This document shows, piece after piece, positions 1 through 12,517 of a DNA stretch of 64,000 nucleotides; within the stretch, counting starts at the first letter, position 1; each line of letters opens with the position of its first letter. Origin of the DNA: Psammoneis japonica (lineage: Eukaryota); the NCBI GenBank assembly GCA_008632985.1, contig QPGO01000281.1, forward strand, positions 1 through 64,000. The letters are read 5' to 3'. Below the pieces are notes generated by a model, which saw nothing but the letters and a program-made list of their open reading frames with translations, had not been told where the DNA came from and did no database searches. Position numbers and translations under genes: made by a program.

Positions 1-82
1 GTGCCGAGCTATGTACTGCGCCGTTGACGAAAATATCCAATGGCTTCGCCAACACTTTGGAGTTTCTTTTTGTTTTTGACAG

Positions 83-862
83 GCATCTATTGATTTTATT
101 TGTTCCTCCATTGACGGCATTTTCGGCATTCCTTGTGACCAACTCGTCATCCCCGATAGCCGAAGCTGTGCTACCGGTGCTTCAAGTAGCAATTGTATTC
201 GTTCGTTGACGTTGTCAGTCCAGGATATTTCTTGCGTTGAAAGCGAAAGCCGAAACAACCAAGTCAACGATACATGCGATGACTTTGCTGATGCGGTACT
301 CGAAGGGGAATTTTTCCTCGTCACGTGTGGTACCTCTCAGGTCGAATTTCTAAGCAGAGACGTCCGTCTTGACGAACCGTTCGAATTGGACATTGGAGCT
401 GACTGTCCAATAGAAAGGATCCAGTGTAAAGTCTACAACCCTAGTGATGAGAGTCAGATAATCCAGATGGTTAGTTTTGATACGTCAGGCGCTGAACCGT
501 TGGATCTCAAGGATGCGTTTGGAAAATTTCAGATTGAAGGTTGCGCTGATCAGATGAACAGCTTTAATCGGCAATGTCTCGCCTCTGTTAATTCCATTTA
601 TTCCCTGTCAAATATTGGTGACGAAAATGTCACATACAATGCTGAAAGTTCTGATTCGTTCGGTAGTGTTAATATTCAAGGTGGGAGTCTTGAACAGGGA
701 GAGACCTTCACTTTCAATGGCATCGGCGGCTTTCTCGATTTCTGTATTGAAGGCACTGCTTGCTATACAAGCAATTTGACTGTCAGGGCTGAATCTGATG
801 AAAATGGAGGCCTGTGTGAAGCTATGGCGATGGATGAGCTTTGTTATGAAGTGAGGATTTGA
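83..862 (+). CDS. Gene A copy 1, last exon: Cys-rich, acidic extracellular-type protein (DUF7467-like by motif resemblance); 5' part lies outside the window
   Basis: Polypyrimidine tract and acceptor ttttgacAG at 81-82. Frame is open from 83 (ASIDF...) and in frame with ORF 206..862. Motifs C..SES.NNQ...C.DF and FDTS.AEPL.LKD.FG are shared with the paralogues at 32250-53459 and 60417-61436. Normal TpA and Tyr content. Confidence 0.8.
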   Translation, partial: ASIDFICSSIDGIFGIPCDQLVIPDSRSCATGASSSNCIRSLTLSVQDISCVESESRNNQVNDTCDDFADAVLEGEFFLVTCGTSQVEFLSRDVRLDEPFELDIGADCPIERIQCKVYNPSDESQIIQMVSFDTSGAEPLDLKDAFGKFQIEGCADQMNSFNRQCLASVNSIYSLSNIGDENVTYNAESSDSFGSVNIQGGSLEQGETFTFNGIGGFLDFCIEGTACYTSNLTVRAESDENGGLCEAMAMDELCYEVRI

Positions 863-1219
863 TTGGAGGCGCCCAAAGAATCTCCCCCGTATGTTGTGTT
901 TCGAGACATACTGTGAATTTGCCGTTTTGTACTTTACTAGCACTTGTTAAAGACATGTCGTTTTGCGTTGAGATAGCTAGATACCTACTCCTACTGTACA
1001 GCGAGTCATAGACTTAGAGAGATGAGTTTGTTACATCCGAGAGGGTCAAGGGATACCGTATTCTTTAGGCTAGGCCTACCGTGCGGAGTGCGGGCATGAC
1101 TTGCCAGAGTGGGTCGGATACGTGGACTATATTCTCTACTAGCGCCGTTTTCATCATGCTTTTGAAGCGAGTCATTTAGAATTCAACCAGCAACAATTCT
1201 GTCATTGTCATGAGAAGGG

Positions 1220-1600
1220 ATCGAGGCCATAGACGGCAAAACATACAACTGGAGCAATCGAGTCTTCAGTCTTCATTATAATTCACTGATTCCGCCATTG
1301 TTCTTCTTGCGCTTCTTCATTTCATGCGCGCTTTCATCGTCATCGACGGGGCTGCCTGTGCAAGGCGATTTGGATTCCCTGCGCTTTTTTTCTTGACGCA
1401 ATTGTTGTTGCTCCCATTTGCTACAGCTGCCTTGAAATCGTTGTAGCTCTCCTGCTTTCCTTTACGTCATTGTGGCTCTGCATGTGTCCTTCATACTCAC
1501 TTTGATGCAATTGAAAAGCATTCGCTGCTTGTAACGCTGTGCTGCTTGATTCGATTCTTCAGCTAGCAATCGCCACATTTCACTGGGTCATGCCATGCGT
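1220..1600 (-). pseudogene. Degenerate Lys/Arg/Glu-rich coding-like fragment; homologue at ~53852-54400
   Basis: Homologous to ORF 53852..54166 (…QESQNDFKAAAANGS…SPCTGSPVDDDESA…), but has an internal deletion and frame breaks relative to it. Confidence 0.35.
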
Positions 1601-2219
1601 ATAGAACTGCATCAAAACAAGAATAAAATATTTGGAATACTCTGAGTCGTCTGCCCGATAAGAGTCGTGAATTTGCCTGAGACGCTTTGTTCGAAAAGAA
1701 GAAACATGATGTGAGATGCGGCCGTGTCATTGACAACAACAGACGGACTGTATCAGGGATACAACAACTGGATCCCACATCCTCTGTCTCTTGCGATTCG
1801 GCTTATCCTGATATTCTGCCGCGGCAACAGATTCAACATCCTCATTGCTACTTCGTTCGTCGGCACTGAGCTGTCAGCTCGAGCCATGACGTCAAAGCTT
1901 TCGACCCTACTTGACATTGTCGTCACGCAGTATTTAATGCTCATATACTTTCGTCGATGTGATTTGGCTCACAACGCTCCCCTACTAAGCCTCATGGTGC
2001 CTTCCTATGGCAGAAAACAAGCCTCACAAATCCAAATAGCAGAAAGCGGGTTCCACTCGAGCACCTATGAAACATTGTAACTTCTGGACCGGATGAATGG
2101 GGGCAGACGATGAAATGAATGTGTACTTGAGAGTGCGATATAAAGCTACAAACTATATGAATCTCGGATGTGCATGTACAATTGTGTCTCCCACCTTTCG
2201 CCTCCGCTATCACGCGAAG

Positions 2220-3392
2220 CTAATGGCATGCAATGAACATGTACCCAATCATAAGGATGTGTACAGCATAAACACCCAAGAAGAGCCCCCCTCGTTCAGG
2301 ATTGCCAAGCGAACTATCTTCCGGACGCAACGGCAAACTGGTAGGAGGTTCTTGTGGAGGCGAGCTTTGTCCTTGTTGGGTGCTTGGACTAACTGTTGCG
2401 GGAGACCCAGTCGTTATTTGCGTTGGGCCTATGGTGGTAGGTGGGACCGTGGATGGGTTTGTCAAAGGTGGGGTTGGAATTGCCGTTTTGGTCGTTGGCA
2501 CAGTGGGTGGGTTTGTCTGCGGTTGGGTAGGGGATGCGGTGGTCGTTGGGACCGTGGTTGGCATGGTCGGCCTTTCCGTGGCAAGAGGGGGATCCGTTGC
2601 GGCGGCACAACCTTCGGAACACCAACGATCTCGTGTGCCCTCCGGGTCTTCATTGAAGAGCCTCTGTAACACGCCCCTTGTACCGCCGTCGCAGTCGATG
2701 GATTTGGGAAAATCACACTCCGACCCCGTGATCAGACAGAAATGCAATTTTTTCCCGTGGATTAAATTCATCATCTCGTAAAAGACAAGGTCGTTACCGG
2801 GTCCACAAAAATCCTCACAGACTGTCCTGCTGCAGTAGCCAGGCTGGTTTGGGCGATTTCCGTCGCACCGGTAACTCTCGCTCTCACAAGACCGCCTAAA
2901 TGGGGTCGTCGTTGTCGGCGGCGAAGTGGGTCGAGGAGTCGATGCAGGCGGCTGTGTCGCAGGTGGCGGGCCGGTATCGGTACCACACGCGGGGCCACAG
3001 ACCGTTGAACGGACTTCTTCTGGGTGATTATTCATAGTTTCTTGGAACTGCGTCATGGTGGGACAATTGACGTCTTCATGCCATCCACAATTGAGGACGG
3101 TACACTTGTATTGGAATCCAAGAGTAATGCCGTAGAACTCTGCATTGTACTCAAGCGTTTTTCCTGGTCCACAGAAATCCGTGCAGATGTAACACTGAGT
3201 AATCCCCCAAGCCGTAGGACAGGTTGGTCCGGAACGGAATTCGCATAAGTCGCTAACCGACAACTTGCGACTCGTTGTGTCGGTGTGATTTCTCGCCCCC
3301 CGTAGCGTTTCTTGGCCGTTACTGTTGGAAGGCCACCCAAACACAACTTGCTTTAGAAAAAAGGGAAGCAGAGTTACCGAAAGTTTGAGCAT
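2220..3392 (-). CDS. Gene B copy 1: secreted/cell-surface protein with two Cys-rich repeats, a Pro/Thr-rich stalk and a hydrophobic C-terminal tail (GPI- or TM-like)
   Basis: 390-aa ORF. Signal-peptide-like N-terminus, two C..C.DFCGPG..L modules, PT-rich region, C-terminal GLFLGVYAVHILMIGYMFIA. Paralogue at 55009-56218. Confidence 0.85.
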   Translation of the reverse strand: MLKLSVTLLPFFLKQVVFGWPSNSNGQETLRGARNHTDTTSRKLSVSDLCEFRSGPTCPTAWGITQCYICTDFCGPGKTLEYNAEFYGITLGFQYKCTVLNCGWHEDVNCPTMTQFQETMNNHPEEVRSTVCGPACGTDTGPPPATQPPASTPRPTSPPTTTTPFRRSCESESYRCDGNRPNQPGYCSRTVCEDFCGPGNDLVFYEMMNLIHGKKLHFCLITGSECDFPKSIDCDGGTRGVLQRLFNEDPEGTRDRWCSEGCAAATDPPLATERPTMPTTVPTTTASPTQPQTNPPTVPTTKTAIPTPPLTNPSTVPPTTIGPTQITTGSPATVSPSTQQGQSSPPQEPPTSLPLRPEDSSLGNPERGGLFLGVYAVHILMIGYMFIACH

Positions 3393-4737
3393 GTCCCGTT
3401 CTATTCTCTTTCAATGGAGATGTAGGATTGCTTTACTACGAGTGAGGGGAAAAGGCAAACAAAAAGCATGTTAAACATGCGAACTCGTGCTACTCAACTA
3501 AACGAGGTGATGATGCGCACCTTATTCTTGCTGTTGTCAAAAGCTGCGAGGTTTAAAACCTGGATTTGGGTTGATTGAGGTTGCAATCGTCGATCGATGC
3601 ATTTTGTGAGTACTTATCAAAAACACCCACAGGAAAAACTCGCGATTTCATTCCCGGATGTGTCACGAATGTTCGGAGCTCGCTTCTCGTTTTTCGTTTT
3701 TGGTCTCGACCATCATTCGCATCATGCGCAACATGGATTCTTCTCGAGTCGTTGACGAGGAACGAAGGACAAGTAAAACGGAGAACGCCATTGTCACTTC
3801 ATGCCGCCGCTGCTTTGTGTTTTTTGTCAAAAAAAAAGCAAAATTGAAGACATAGTGTAGTCACGATTGCGTAACGTGTCTATCATAGTGTTTCTACTTA
3901 CTTTACACTTATACGTAGCAGCCCCTGTACAAAAATTTGTATGCCAAGACTCTTTGTGTTCGGTGGTGGCGGTTTTTGTCTCAATTGCTGCACTTCTGGG
4001 TCGAGACTCAAAAATTAGATGAGAACAAAACTGAGACGAAGAAATGAAGAACACATGGCCAGCACAAACCAATGGCAACCTTGATCCCAGACTCGTGTCT
4101 CTCTCACATTTTCTCACAAGGCCACACCACCAAGAGCTCTCTCTGGAGAGCTGCAGAAAAATCCAAAGCTGTGCAAGAATCATTTCTCTCCTGCCAGACC
4201 ACACGCCATGTCTCACCTGAGCAGCCTCACGCTCAAATGCAGGCGCTGCTTCTGCAAAAGCCAGGCCACAAGATGCAATGCCGGGAACATGCACACAATC
4301 ATCCACCAAAGCACACGAGGAAAAAGTCAAGCCATTTGTCCAGCGATTGCTTGGACGGGCATTTCATGCAATGCAAGCAAGAGCAGCCCGAGCGACGGAA
4401 CCTGCTGCTGAAGATGCGAACAATGTGGTCATTGCCTCAGACAGTTTGGCAGGAACAGGCTCACCTTTTTCAACATGCTGAAGGTGTGTCATTGTCTGAC
4501 TCAGCTGGCAATGCCATGGGCAGCATGTGAGAAGTGATCACATGCTGTGATTCAACAAGTCTTGTTGCTGCTGCATCTCTCCCACAAAGTCAAGGTGACA
4601 ATCTGAGTTGCTGGGCTGTTCTCCCATCAATTAAAAGTTGACAGCAAGCCCCTGGTGTGCTTGAGGAGCAGCCTTGCAAGTGGTGCTGGGCCCAGCAAGC
4701 ATCTTGACTTGCGGGGCATGATGCATGGATGCAAGCA

Positions 4738-4997
4738 GGCCTGCTCCAGTTCCAGGTGATCTGCTTTTCATCACGCGAGAGGCCGATTTTCTGCGCAGTT
4801 TAGCACAATTGACTCCTTCAATTTTGATCATTTTGAAAATCGAAAGGTGAATGTGCACCCAAGAACACATGCAAAGTGCACACTCACCCTTTGATTTGGC
4901 AAAAAACGGATTTGGAAAAAGTCAATTGTGCTGAATGCACAAATTTCCAAATGATGGGAATCGAACCCGCACGGAGCACCTGGAGCTGGAACAGGCC
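4738..4997. mobile_element. 260-bp fold-back MITE-like element
   Basis: Arms ggcctgctccagttccaggtg / cacctggagctggaacaggcc, with inner inverted pairs (agcacaattgact/agtcaattgtgct; ggtgaatgtgcac/gtgcacactcacc). Flanked by AGCA on both sides (4734-4737, 4998-5001). Confidence 0.7.
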
Positions 4998-6340
4998 AGC
5001 AGAGCAAGCAAATGTGTTGAGAGCTTGGCAGAGAACTTCATCAGAGGGTGCAACTTTTGACTCACATTGTCAAAACTGTTGACAACTTGAATTTAAAAAA
5101 TGCTGGCTGCAGCGCTCAACAAAATGCATTTGTTTTGTGCATTTCATCTGATGTCTCATCAGCTCATCTTGTTTTGTCTGTAGCTTGGTTGGGGTTGACA
5201 TCTTTTTTTTGTGATGCATGGTTTGGTTTCCTTTCAATGATCATCAATTTGAACTTGGTTTTAACTTTGTCCCCCCCCCACTCATGTGCATGCATCCCTT
5301 GCACATGTGCAGCTCACTCACCATGCACACACAACCCACCCCCATTTTTCATTTTTTTGTTCATGCTTCCCACACTTGTGCAGCCCATTGGTCTGTGGCA
5401 TTTTCAGCATGTTTTTACAAGCGCAATTTCCTTCACACTCTTCACAACAGCACTCCCTCTCCCCAAACAACAAAAAGTGAGAGTGTGCACTGTTGTGATT
5501 CACATGGATTCTGTGTGTTGTTGCAAATCTGCAAATTGACAACCTGCCATGGTGGTGAAAGACTTTGCCCCATTGGCCAATGACAACAGCTCAATGGTTG
5601 GTGAGACCTGCTGTCCTGCTGGTTGGTCAAGATGAACTTTGACAGGGGATTCTCTTGAGTTTGGTGGTTGCAAGTGTGCTCTCACAAATCTGTCAAAAAG
5701 AATCATGCCAAGCTGGGGTGCTGTGATTCTGTGTGTGTGCACATCGCAAGCTTTTCTGCAGCATTGATGCAATTGTGCTCGTCAGAGGTTTGACATCCAG
5801 AACAATCACAAGTCACCACAAGCGACACTCTTTAAACAAGGAATGTGCAAAAAGGTGACAATGCAACCATCTTCTCCCAATTTTTTGCCCAGGTCCAGCC
5901 AAAAGGACAGCAGAGGTGAAGAGTGGGGAGGCAGCCCATTGGAGGATGCCTGAGTTTCTCTTGGCTGTTTGCAGTCCATGCTTTGAGCACATCATTGATG
6001 AGCCATTCACAGCATGGGAGGTGTGAGACAAACTCAGTCATTGTGGCTTGTCATTCATGCAGCACCTTGCGCTGTGCGGCACACATGCAGTCAGGCAGTG
6101 CTTGTTCCCACAGCCACTCCGGTGAGTGCATTCTGTGGCACTTGGGATGTTTTTTTGGTTTCTCACATGCTTTTTCAATTGTGTCCATGTGTTCTTTGAG
6201 TTGCAGGGGTGGAGCTGCTGGGCACTCAATGTCATGCACTCACAACAATGTCACCAGCTCTGGAGTCAGCGGCGCTGGGTGCACCGGCAAGTCTGTCTTG
6301 CAGCTCCTGTTGGTCATGTTGCTTCATCTGTGTCATGCTC

Positions 6341-6631
6341 TCACAATGTGTTCTCTCCACCTTGTTTCCTGAATGGCTCTTGCAGGCCAGGGTTCTGTGG
6401 TGCAGCTGCAACCATGATGTTGATTGGTGCTTGGCACGTTGTGCACCCCAATGTCCATTCCCTCACATTTGCAGCCATTGCTGGCCACCAGAGCCTTGTG
6501 GCAATCTTCCAGCAGGTCTTTTCACAGCTTGAATGTCCTGCACAAGGTGAGATGTGAAGGGCAGAGAAGATGGCTTGTTTGCATCTTTTTGGCACTTCTC
6601 TTGCATGGGCAAAAAAGTGTGCATCAGTCAC
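6341..6631 (-). pseudogene. Retroelement (Ty3/Gypsy-type) integrase zinc-binding domain remnant
   Basis: LHISPCAGHSSCEKTCWKIATRLWWPAMAANVREWTLGCTTCQ matches the H-x-GH…KT…WWP.M…C..CQ (HHCC) pattern. Confidence 0.7.
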
Positions 6632-7739
6632 AGGGCATGGTTTGATGCTTCAACCTGGTGAGTGCACTCTTTCATCAGAGGCCCATGGAAAAGGCCTTCA
6701 GTCACAAGTCATTGAACCCCACCATCTCATGGCATGCACGTGCGCTCCTAGATTGGTGGATCCCACTCCAGATTGAAATTGACGTTTGCTTGTTGGAAAG
6801 ACAACATTTTTGTTCATTTTCAATTTGTGGATTAGAAAATCAGGCATTTGTTGTTCCACGACACATTTTATTTAATTTAAATTCATTGACTTGCACGCCA
6901 AAATGCCAAGTCACACGGCACTGTCATTCCCTCAACCAAGGACAATTGCATTTCGTTCCAGCTGAAAAATGTTCATTTTCATGTTGTGCAAGGCATTTTT
7001 GCCAAAATTTCTGCATTTCCGTCCTCATGATGGATGTCGATAATTCCGCAAAATTTTCCACCCTTTTCTGCTCCCCCCAAAACCCCCTCTCCTCTCCACC
7101 AAATCACAATCTTTCATTTGCACCATTCCCCCGAGCGATCCTGTTTGTGGCATTTGTCCCTTCTGCTTGTGATCTGCGGGTCCAGTCCCCTGTGGTTTTG
7201 GTGAATCAGTGCAGAACCGTGAAAGCAGCATGACAAGAAGTCCGCGGGTTTCTGCGTCCTCTGTTCATGCCGTGATCGCCCATGGCGGTTTGCCTCACCT
7301 GCCGTTGCGACCACGCCCTGTCTCAAAGTCACGCCCAAGCAAAAGCAACATCTCTCTCCCAGCTCTGAATCATTCAGGGATGCCACCGAATGTGAAACTC
7401 GCCCATCGCACCGCTTTGTCACGTCTCCAGACCACGACGGCTTGCTCAATGACATTTTTTTGACATCCAACGTGGTGGCAAACCTCTCTGATGACACCAA
7501 TCTTGGCTCTGACAACCACTCCGGTGGCAACGACTCGTCTGCTCAAGGCAATGATCACGCCAGCACACTGTCTGCATCCGGAGACCTTGACGGTCATGCC
7601 AGCGATCTTTCTTTTCCCAACGAAGACAATGTGGGCGCTGATTCTTTAGATGGAAGCAATGTTTCTGTTCTTGACGACCACGCCAAAGCATGCTCAAATG
7701 GTGTTGACGGCACCCACATGACAAAGTCCCAATTTTAAA

Positions 7740-8680
7740 AAAAACATTGAGACGCAGCACCACCGTCAGAAGTTCATCGAGACTCACAAATGGACCCCCT
7801 CCGCTGATCTCATTGCCCTGCCCTTCGTTTGTTGTAACCACCAGAATCAAGCCTCCCATTTCTTCATGGAAGTGTTGATGGTCAACGACACAGTTGCCCA
7901 TTCTCTTGGCTGTAAAGATGGCTTTCATCATGTAAAAAGTCGTGGCTGGATGTGTTTTCGTCGTAAAGATGGGAGGGATGTTCTGGCATGCCACAAGCTG
8001 GCCAAAACCTTTTCCAATCTTTCTCGATTCGGCAAACATCTCCATGCAATCATTGATGATTTATGCAAGATGACAGTGAGCGAACGAATTGGCAACGACC
8101 CTTGCTTCCTTTGCTCAACAGCTTCAAGTCCAAATTGGATTTTTTTGCACAATGCCTGGGCATTGCTGCCACCACAATGGACTGTTGCTTTCTCCCTCAC
8201 GTTGACAAAGAGTTCGGCAATTTTCGACGCTGGTTGACCATTGTTTTTTCCGGCTGCGAAAAGAGGAAACAGTTCATTCTGTTTTGCAACAATGTTTTGA
8301 CCCTGATGAACACGGAACAGAAGTTGAAGGATGGGAAGGTCACCAAGAAGATCCTCACCAATCATCTGGAATGTGTCAAGGCTTGCGTTGACACTCATGC
8401 CATGGCAAAAGGTGTGGCACAAAAATGCCAAGAGTTGGTTGAGCGTGAGCTCCATTCCACCTTCAAGTGTTCCTGCAAGGACACGAGTCATCTCAAGTTC
8501 TGCAACCCAGCAATTGTGCGATCATGTGACCACAATCTCACGCATCCACACCTTTCCTGTGAGGCCAAGGCAAAGTTTGTTTCTTCCACCAAGAGGAGGA
8601 AGAAGAGCAAGGAGTCCTCCAGTGTGTCTGCTGGTTCTCTGGCACCTCCGCCCACTTCATCCAAGAAAGACACCAACTAG
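7740..8680 (+). pseudogene. Accessory ORF a of element 1, function unknown
   Basis: HFFMEVLMVNDTVAHSLGCK is homologous to HFFVEPMAVNRIVAKELGCK at ~30785-30845 (-). Confidence 0.5.
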
Positions 8681-9602
8681 AATCCTGTTGCTCATCCAAC
8701 CGGCACCACGGCCGACACCCCACCGTCTGCCAATCGCTCCACAAGCACACTCGCCTCCCAGTTGCAACCTTTTGCTGACGACAAAGTCGAGGTGTTGTTG
8801 GATGGAGAGTCATCATCGTCGGGTGAATCATTGACTGAAGACCACCCCATCCAGAATGTCCCCAATGCCGGTGCTGTGGGTCCATCCCTGGGAGGAGTTG
8901 CTTCTTCAGCATCTCCATCAAAGCCAAGCACACAGGCCAGCACCACAACTTCCTCGTCAATCAACAATCGGTTCCCCCATGGTCATTGTTGCTGCTTTGC
9001 ATCCCTTTCTGAGGTCTCGAGGTGCACTCCTCGCATTTGTGTTTTTTATGATCTGGACGACGATGACGATGACAATGAGCAATCTGCCAATCGTGAGTTA
9101 AACCTGCATCATTCTCCAGCAGACTGTTGCTCACATGATGATCTACGACATCATCTCCACTCATTTGTGATGACGCAACCACTTCCTTCTGCTGCAAATC
9201 ATGACCAGGAGCTGGTGGTTGTCCCACCCAGAGCTCAACGCATTCAGGATGATGCTGCCATTTTGCGCTCATCCTCCCATCTTTGGCAGAAACACTTTGG
9301 ATCTCTCCAAGTTTGCGCTGCAAAAAAAACAATGATGATTGGTCCAAGCAGCCAGAGAAACAAGACTGGATCGATTTTGGCTGCTGTGGTCAGTCGCACG
9401 ATGTGCTCGAGAATGGCAAGAAAGTCCCACAACACTGCAAGTCGGTTTTGGAATTTTCGAGAAAGAAAAAAACGTCGTCATCCGCAATCAGATCAAGTCA
9501 ATGCTTGCAAATGCATGCGATTCCATGCAGAGGTGCCATGATGAGCTAGAGACAGAGCACTTTGGCAATCCTTGACCCTGCAACAACACCGCACGAACTG
9601 CA

Positions 9603-12213
9603 ATGCATGGGGCCGCGCTTTGCACTGGGCTGGGTTGCAAAGCAGCAAGGAATGAGCTTGGCACTGTCCAAGCTAAGATCATGCCTGATGGTGTGCAGAT
9701 TCATCCAGATGATCGAAATTGTGTTTTTTGTGGATGCACCAAGACTGGAGCCCTGTGTTTTTTCATCCAGGACAAGTTGGGGAATGTCGTTTCTGTCAAG
9801 TTCCTTGCCAACAGCCGGAAATGCACGGGTGAATGTTTTGACAAGCATTTGACATTGCTGCCATTGAAGACAATGATGCTGAAGCATGTCACAGCCATGA
9901 ATCACGCAGGCAAGGAGTTCTCTTTATCGTGCAAGGGCCCTCATGGTCCACCAAAAGATTTGAACCACCACCATCCCAAGAACATGATTCTCGATGATCA
10001 TTGCCCGTGCAAGGAAAAGGCACTCGACAAGGCTGGTTTGATTGTCATGGACAGGTTGGAGTTTCCCACCTTCTGCATTTGGGATTTGTGGTTGTCAATG
10101 GGGATCACCATCCTGTTCCAACTCCGAGATGTGCTTGGAATGCACAAGGTTGTCAAGATGGCAATCATGGCTTCTCATCAGACTGGATTCCACTGGTTCT
10201 TCCACGTTGGCATGGAGCACGGGGACGAGTTGACTGAACCCAGCTCTGATCCTGCACTTGTCTGCTGTCAACTGGCCATGAAGCTGTTTGGCACTGCCGC
10301 CGGAGATGCAGGAGTCACTCCACACCGTCTGAACCCCAGCGGCTGCAATTTTGTTGAGACCTGCTGCAAAGATTCCTCTGCCACTGGCCGCAAGAGGAAA
10401 TCCAATGAATCCACCTGTGCAAGAAGCAACCGGAAGCATGCCTGCAGAGTTTCTTTGTCCAACTTGGAGAAAGAAGTTCTCCCCAATGATGCTGACATTG
10501 AAGACATTCTCGGTGCTGGAGAATCCGCTGACAACAATGCTGAAACAGACATTGAGGGAGAGGGCAATCTCCGGCTCAATGGCCTTGAGATGTCGTGTGC
10601 CATGGATGAAATGGTGGTTGGTGTGATTCTTGATTTGTTGAAATGGATTGACAACCACACCGGATCTCCAGATTTCCACCATGCCATGCCATGCTGGAGA
10701 TGCATTTCCGGCTGGCAATCAAGAAATTCCCAAGAGGAACCAACATCAATGAGTTTTGTTTGATGTTGGTCATCCAAATGCCAGTCGGTGCAGGAATCAT
10801 TGTTCATCTCCACCCTCATTTGAGAAATCTTGTTTGTCCTGTGTCCAAACTCGGTGCCGCAAAGCAGCCAGAGCACTTGGACCCCAACGATTGTGTGGCG
10901 TGTGCTGACTCGCCAATGGTCAAACATGGAATGGAGCATCACGGTGGCTCGGGCAGGGATTGTGTCCTCTGTGATTGGTGTGCTCCAAATCGTGTTGAAG
11001 GCATCATTAAAGAGCATTGCTCTCGTGGTCAGCATGTTTTCATGCTCATTGGAGATGACGCTGCCCCCAGCGTGAAGCGACATGGCACTGGACATTGGGA
11101 CGCTGTTCCCATCACAATGGAGGGGCAAGTTTCAACACCGAACTGTGCTTTGCTTTGGATGTTTTCCAACTGCCATTTTTGTTCTCCTGCTTTGAAAGAA
11201 CTGGAGTGCCCGGGGAAGACCTGGGTGATTTGGAAAATCAAGACACAGCAGCAGAGGAAGAAGAATTTTCTCAACCCCCAAATGATTTTGGCTCAGATGT
11301 CAATGAGTCGGCGGCACAACAAGAATTGAGTCATCCCAAGGACAAGAGAGGCATCCCTCCCAATGGTGCCAACAAACACTGTGACTCTGTGTCACCGGAC
11401 TTTGACGACATGAGGGAATCACCTCAAGAGAGCCCGGATCTCTCAGTGCAACCGAAGAACACAAAGGTGTTGTTTTTGTGCATGACACAGACAAACGACA
11501 TTGATTCTCTGTCGTTCACAAATGTGCTTGATGACATCAATGACAACTTGTTCAGTGGAAATTCCAAACTGAGATCCAATGCGACAAGGACACTTGCCTG
11601 TCGTGATTTGGTGCTTGGTGCAACCAACTGCACCACTGATTGCGAATTTTACGCAGCTTCTCTGAGCGACGGTCACAACGCCCATCACCTCAACTGCAAT
11701 GCATGCAGTCCTGCATTTTGCAATGAGGTCATCACAAAGTTTGGAAGGGACTTTGAGGAAATCAACTTGGATTGCTTTTGGTTGCAAGAGGGTTGGTTGA
11801 GTGACAGATTCAACCCATGCTTCTTCTTTGGCTGGACATTGCCTGAACTGTCAAATGCGATGAAAGTTGGTGGTGCCATCAGTGTCCCTTTTAACATCAA
11901 GACATTTGTTGCCTGTGTCTTGCATGGGGAGTCCATTGTCAAAATGTGCCATGCCCTTTTTCTGGTGGATGTGCGCATCCCATTGCACAAACCGCACCGC
12001 TGCAGTCATTTCGATGATGAACAGTGCAAACAAAAGCTGAGTCTAGATCATGCATGTCAGGTGAACAAATGCCTGACCAGTGTTGCAAGCAGCGAAGTTA
12101 GCCAGTCAGCTCCAGAACCTTTTTGCCTTCAATCTGAAGAGGTTTGGAAGCAGTTGAGTGACAAAAATCACCACATCGATCTTTGCAAATGGACCCACCT
12201 GGTAAAAAAGTAA
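9603..12213 (+). pseudogene. Accessory ORF b of element 1 (frameshifted); C-terminal part possibly Rossmann/methyltransferase-like
   Basis: Blocks GCTKTGALC, GPH.PP, QTGF..F.H, WI....G.P.F.H, LRNLV.P..KLGAAKQ and F..I.LD..W are all shared, in order, with 26966-30476 (-). Confidence 0.6.
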
Positions 12214-12517
12214 GAAGATGTGATGATTTGGTGTCCAGCTCATCCAGGAACATTCGCGCCAATGGCGCCACTTCACCTGGCATTCGTTGGACATGGAAAT
12301 GGCAAAACACATTGAGGTGGTGATCACAGTGACAACCAATGAAGTCGGGAAGATGGTCGGACATAAAAACACGCAAGGCGACAAGCCGGTTCCTCACAAA
12401 GAGCAGCTCCCCGCCAATGATTGAGCCACATTGATGCATGTCAAGTCGAGCGATTGTCCCATTGGCATGCCTCATCAAGTTGCGGTTGCAGCTTTTTGCA
12501 GGTGGAGAACAGACATG

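Noticed and set aside
4955..4972. tRNA or SINE (reverse complement of GGTTCGATTCC)
   Set aside because: Only a B-box-like motif inside a fold-back MITE; no cloverleaf seen.
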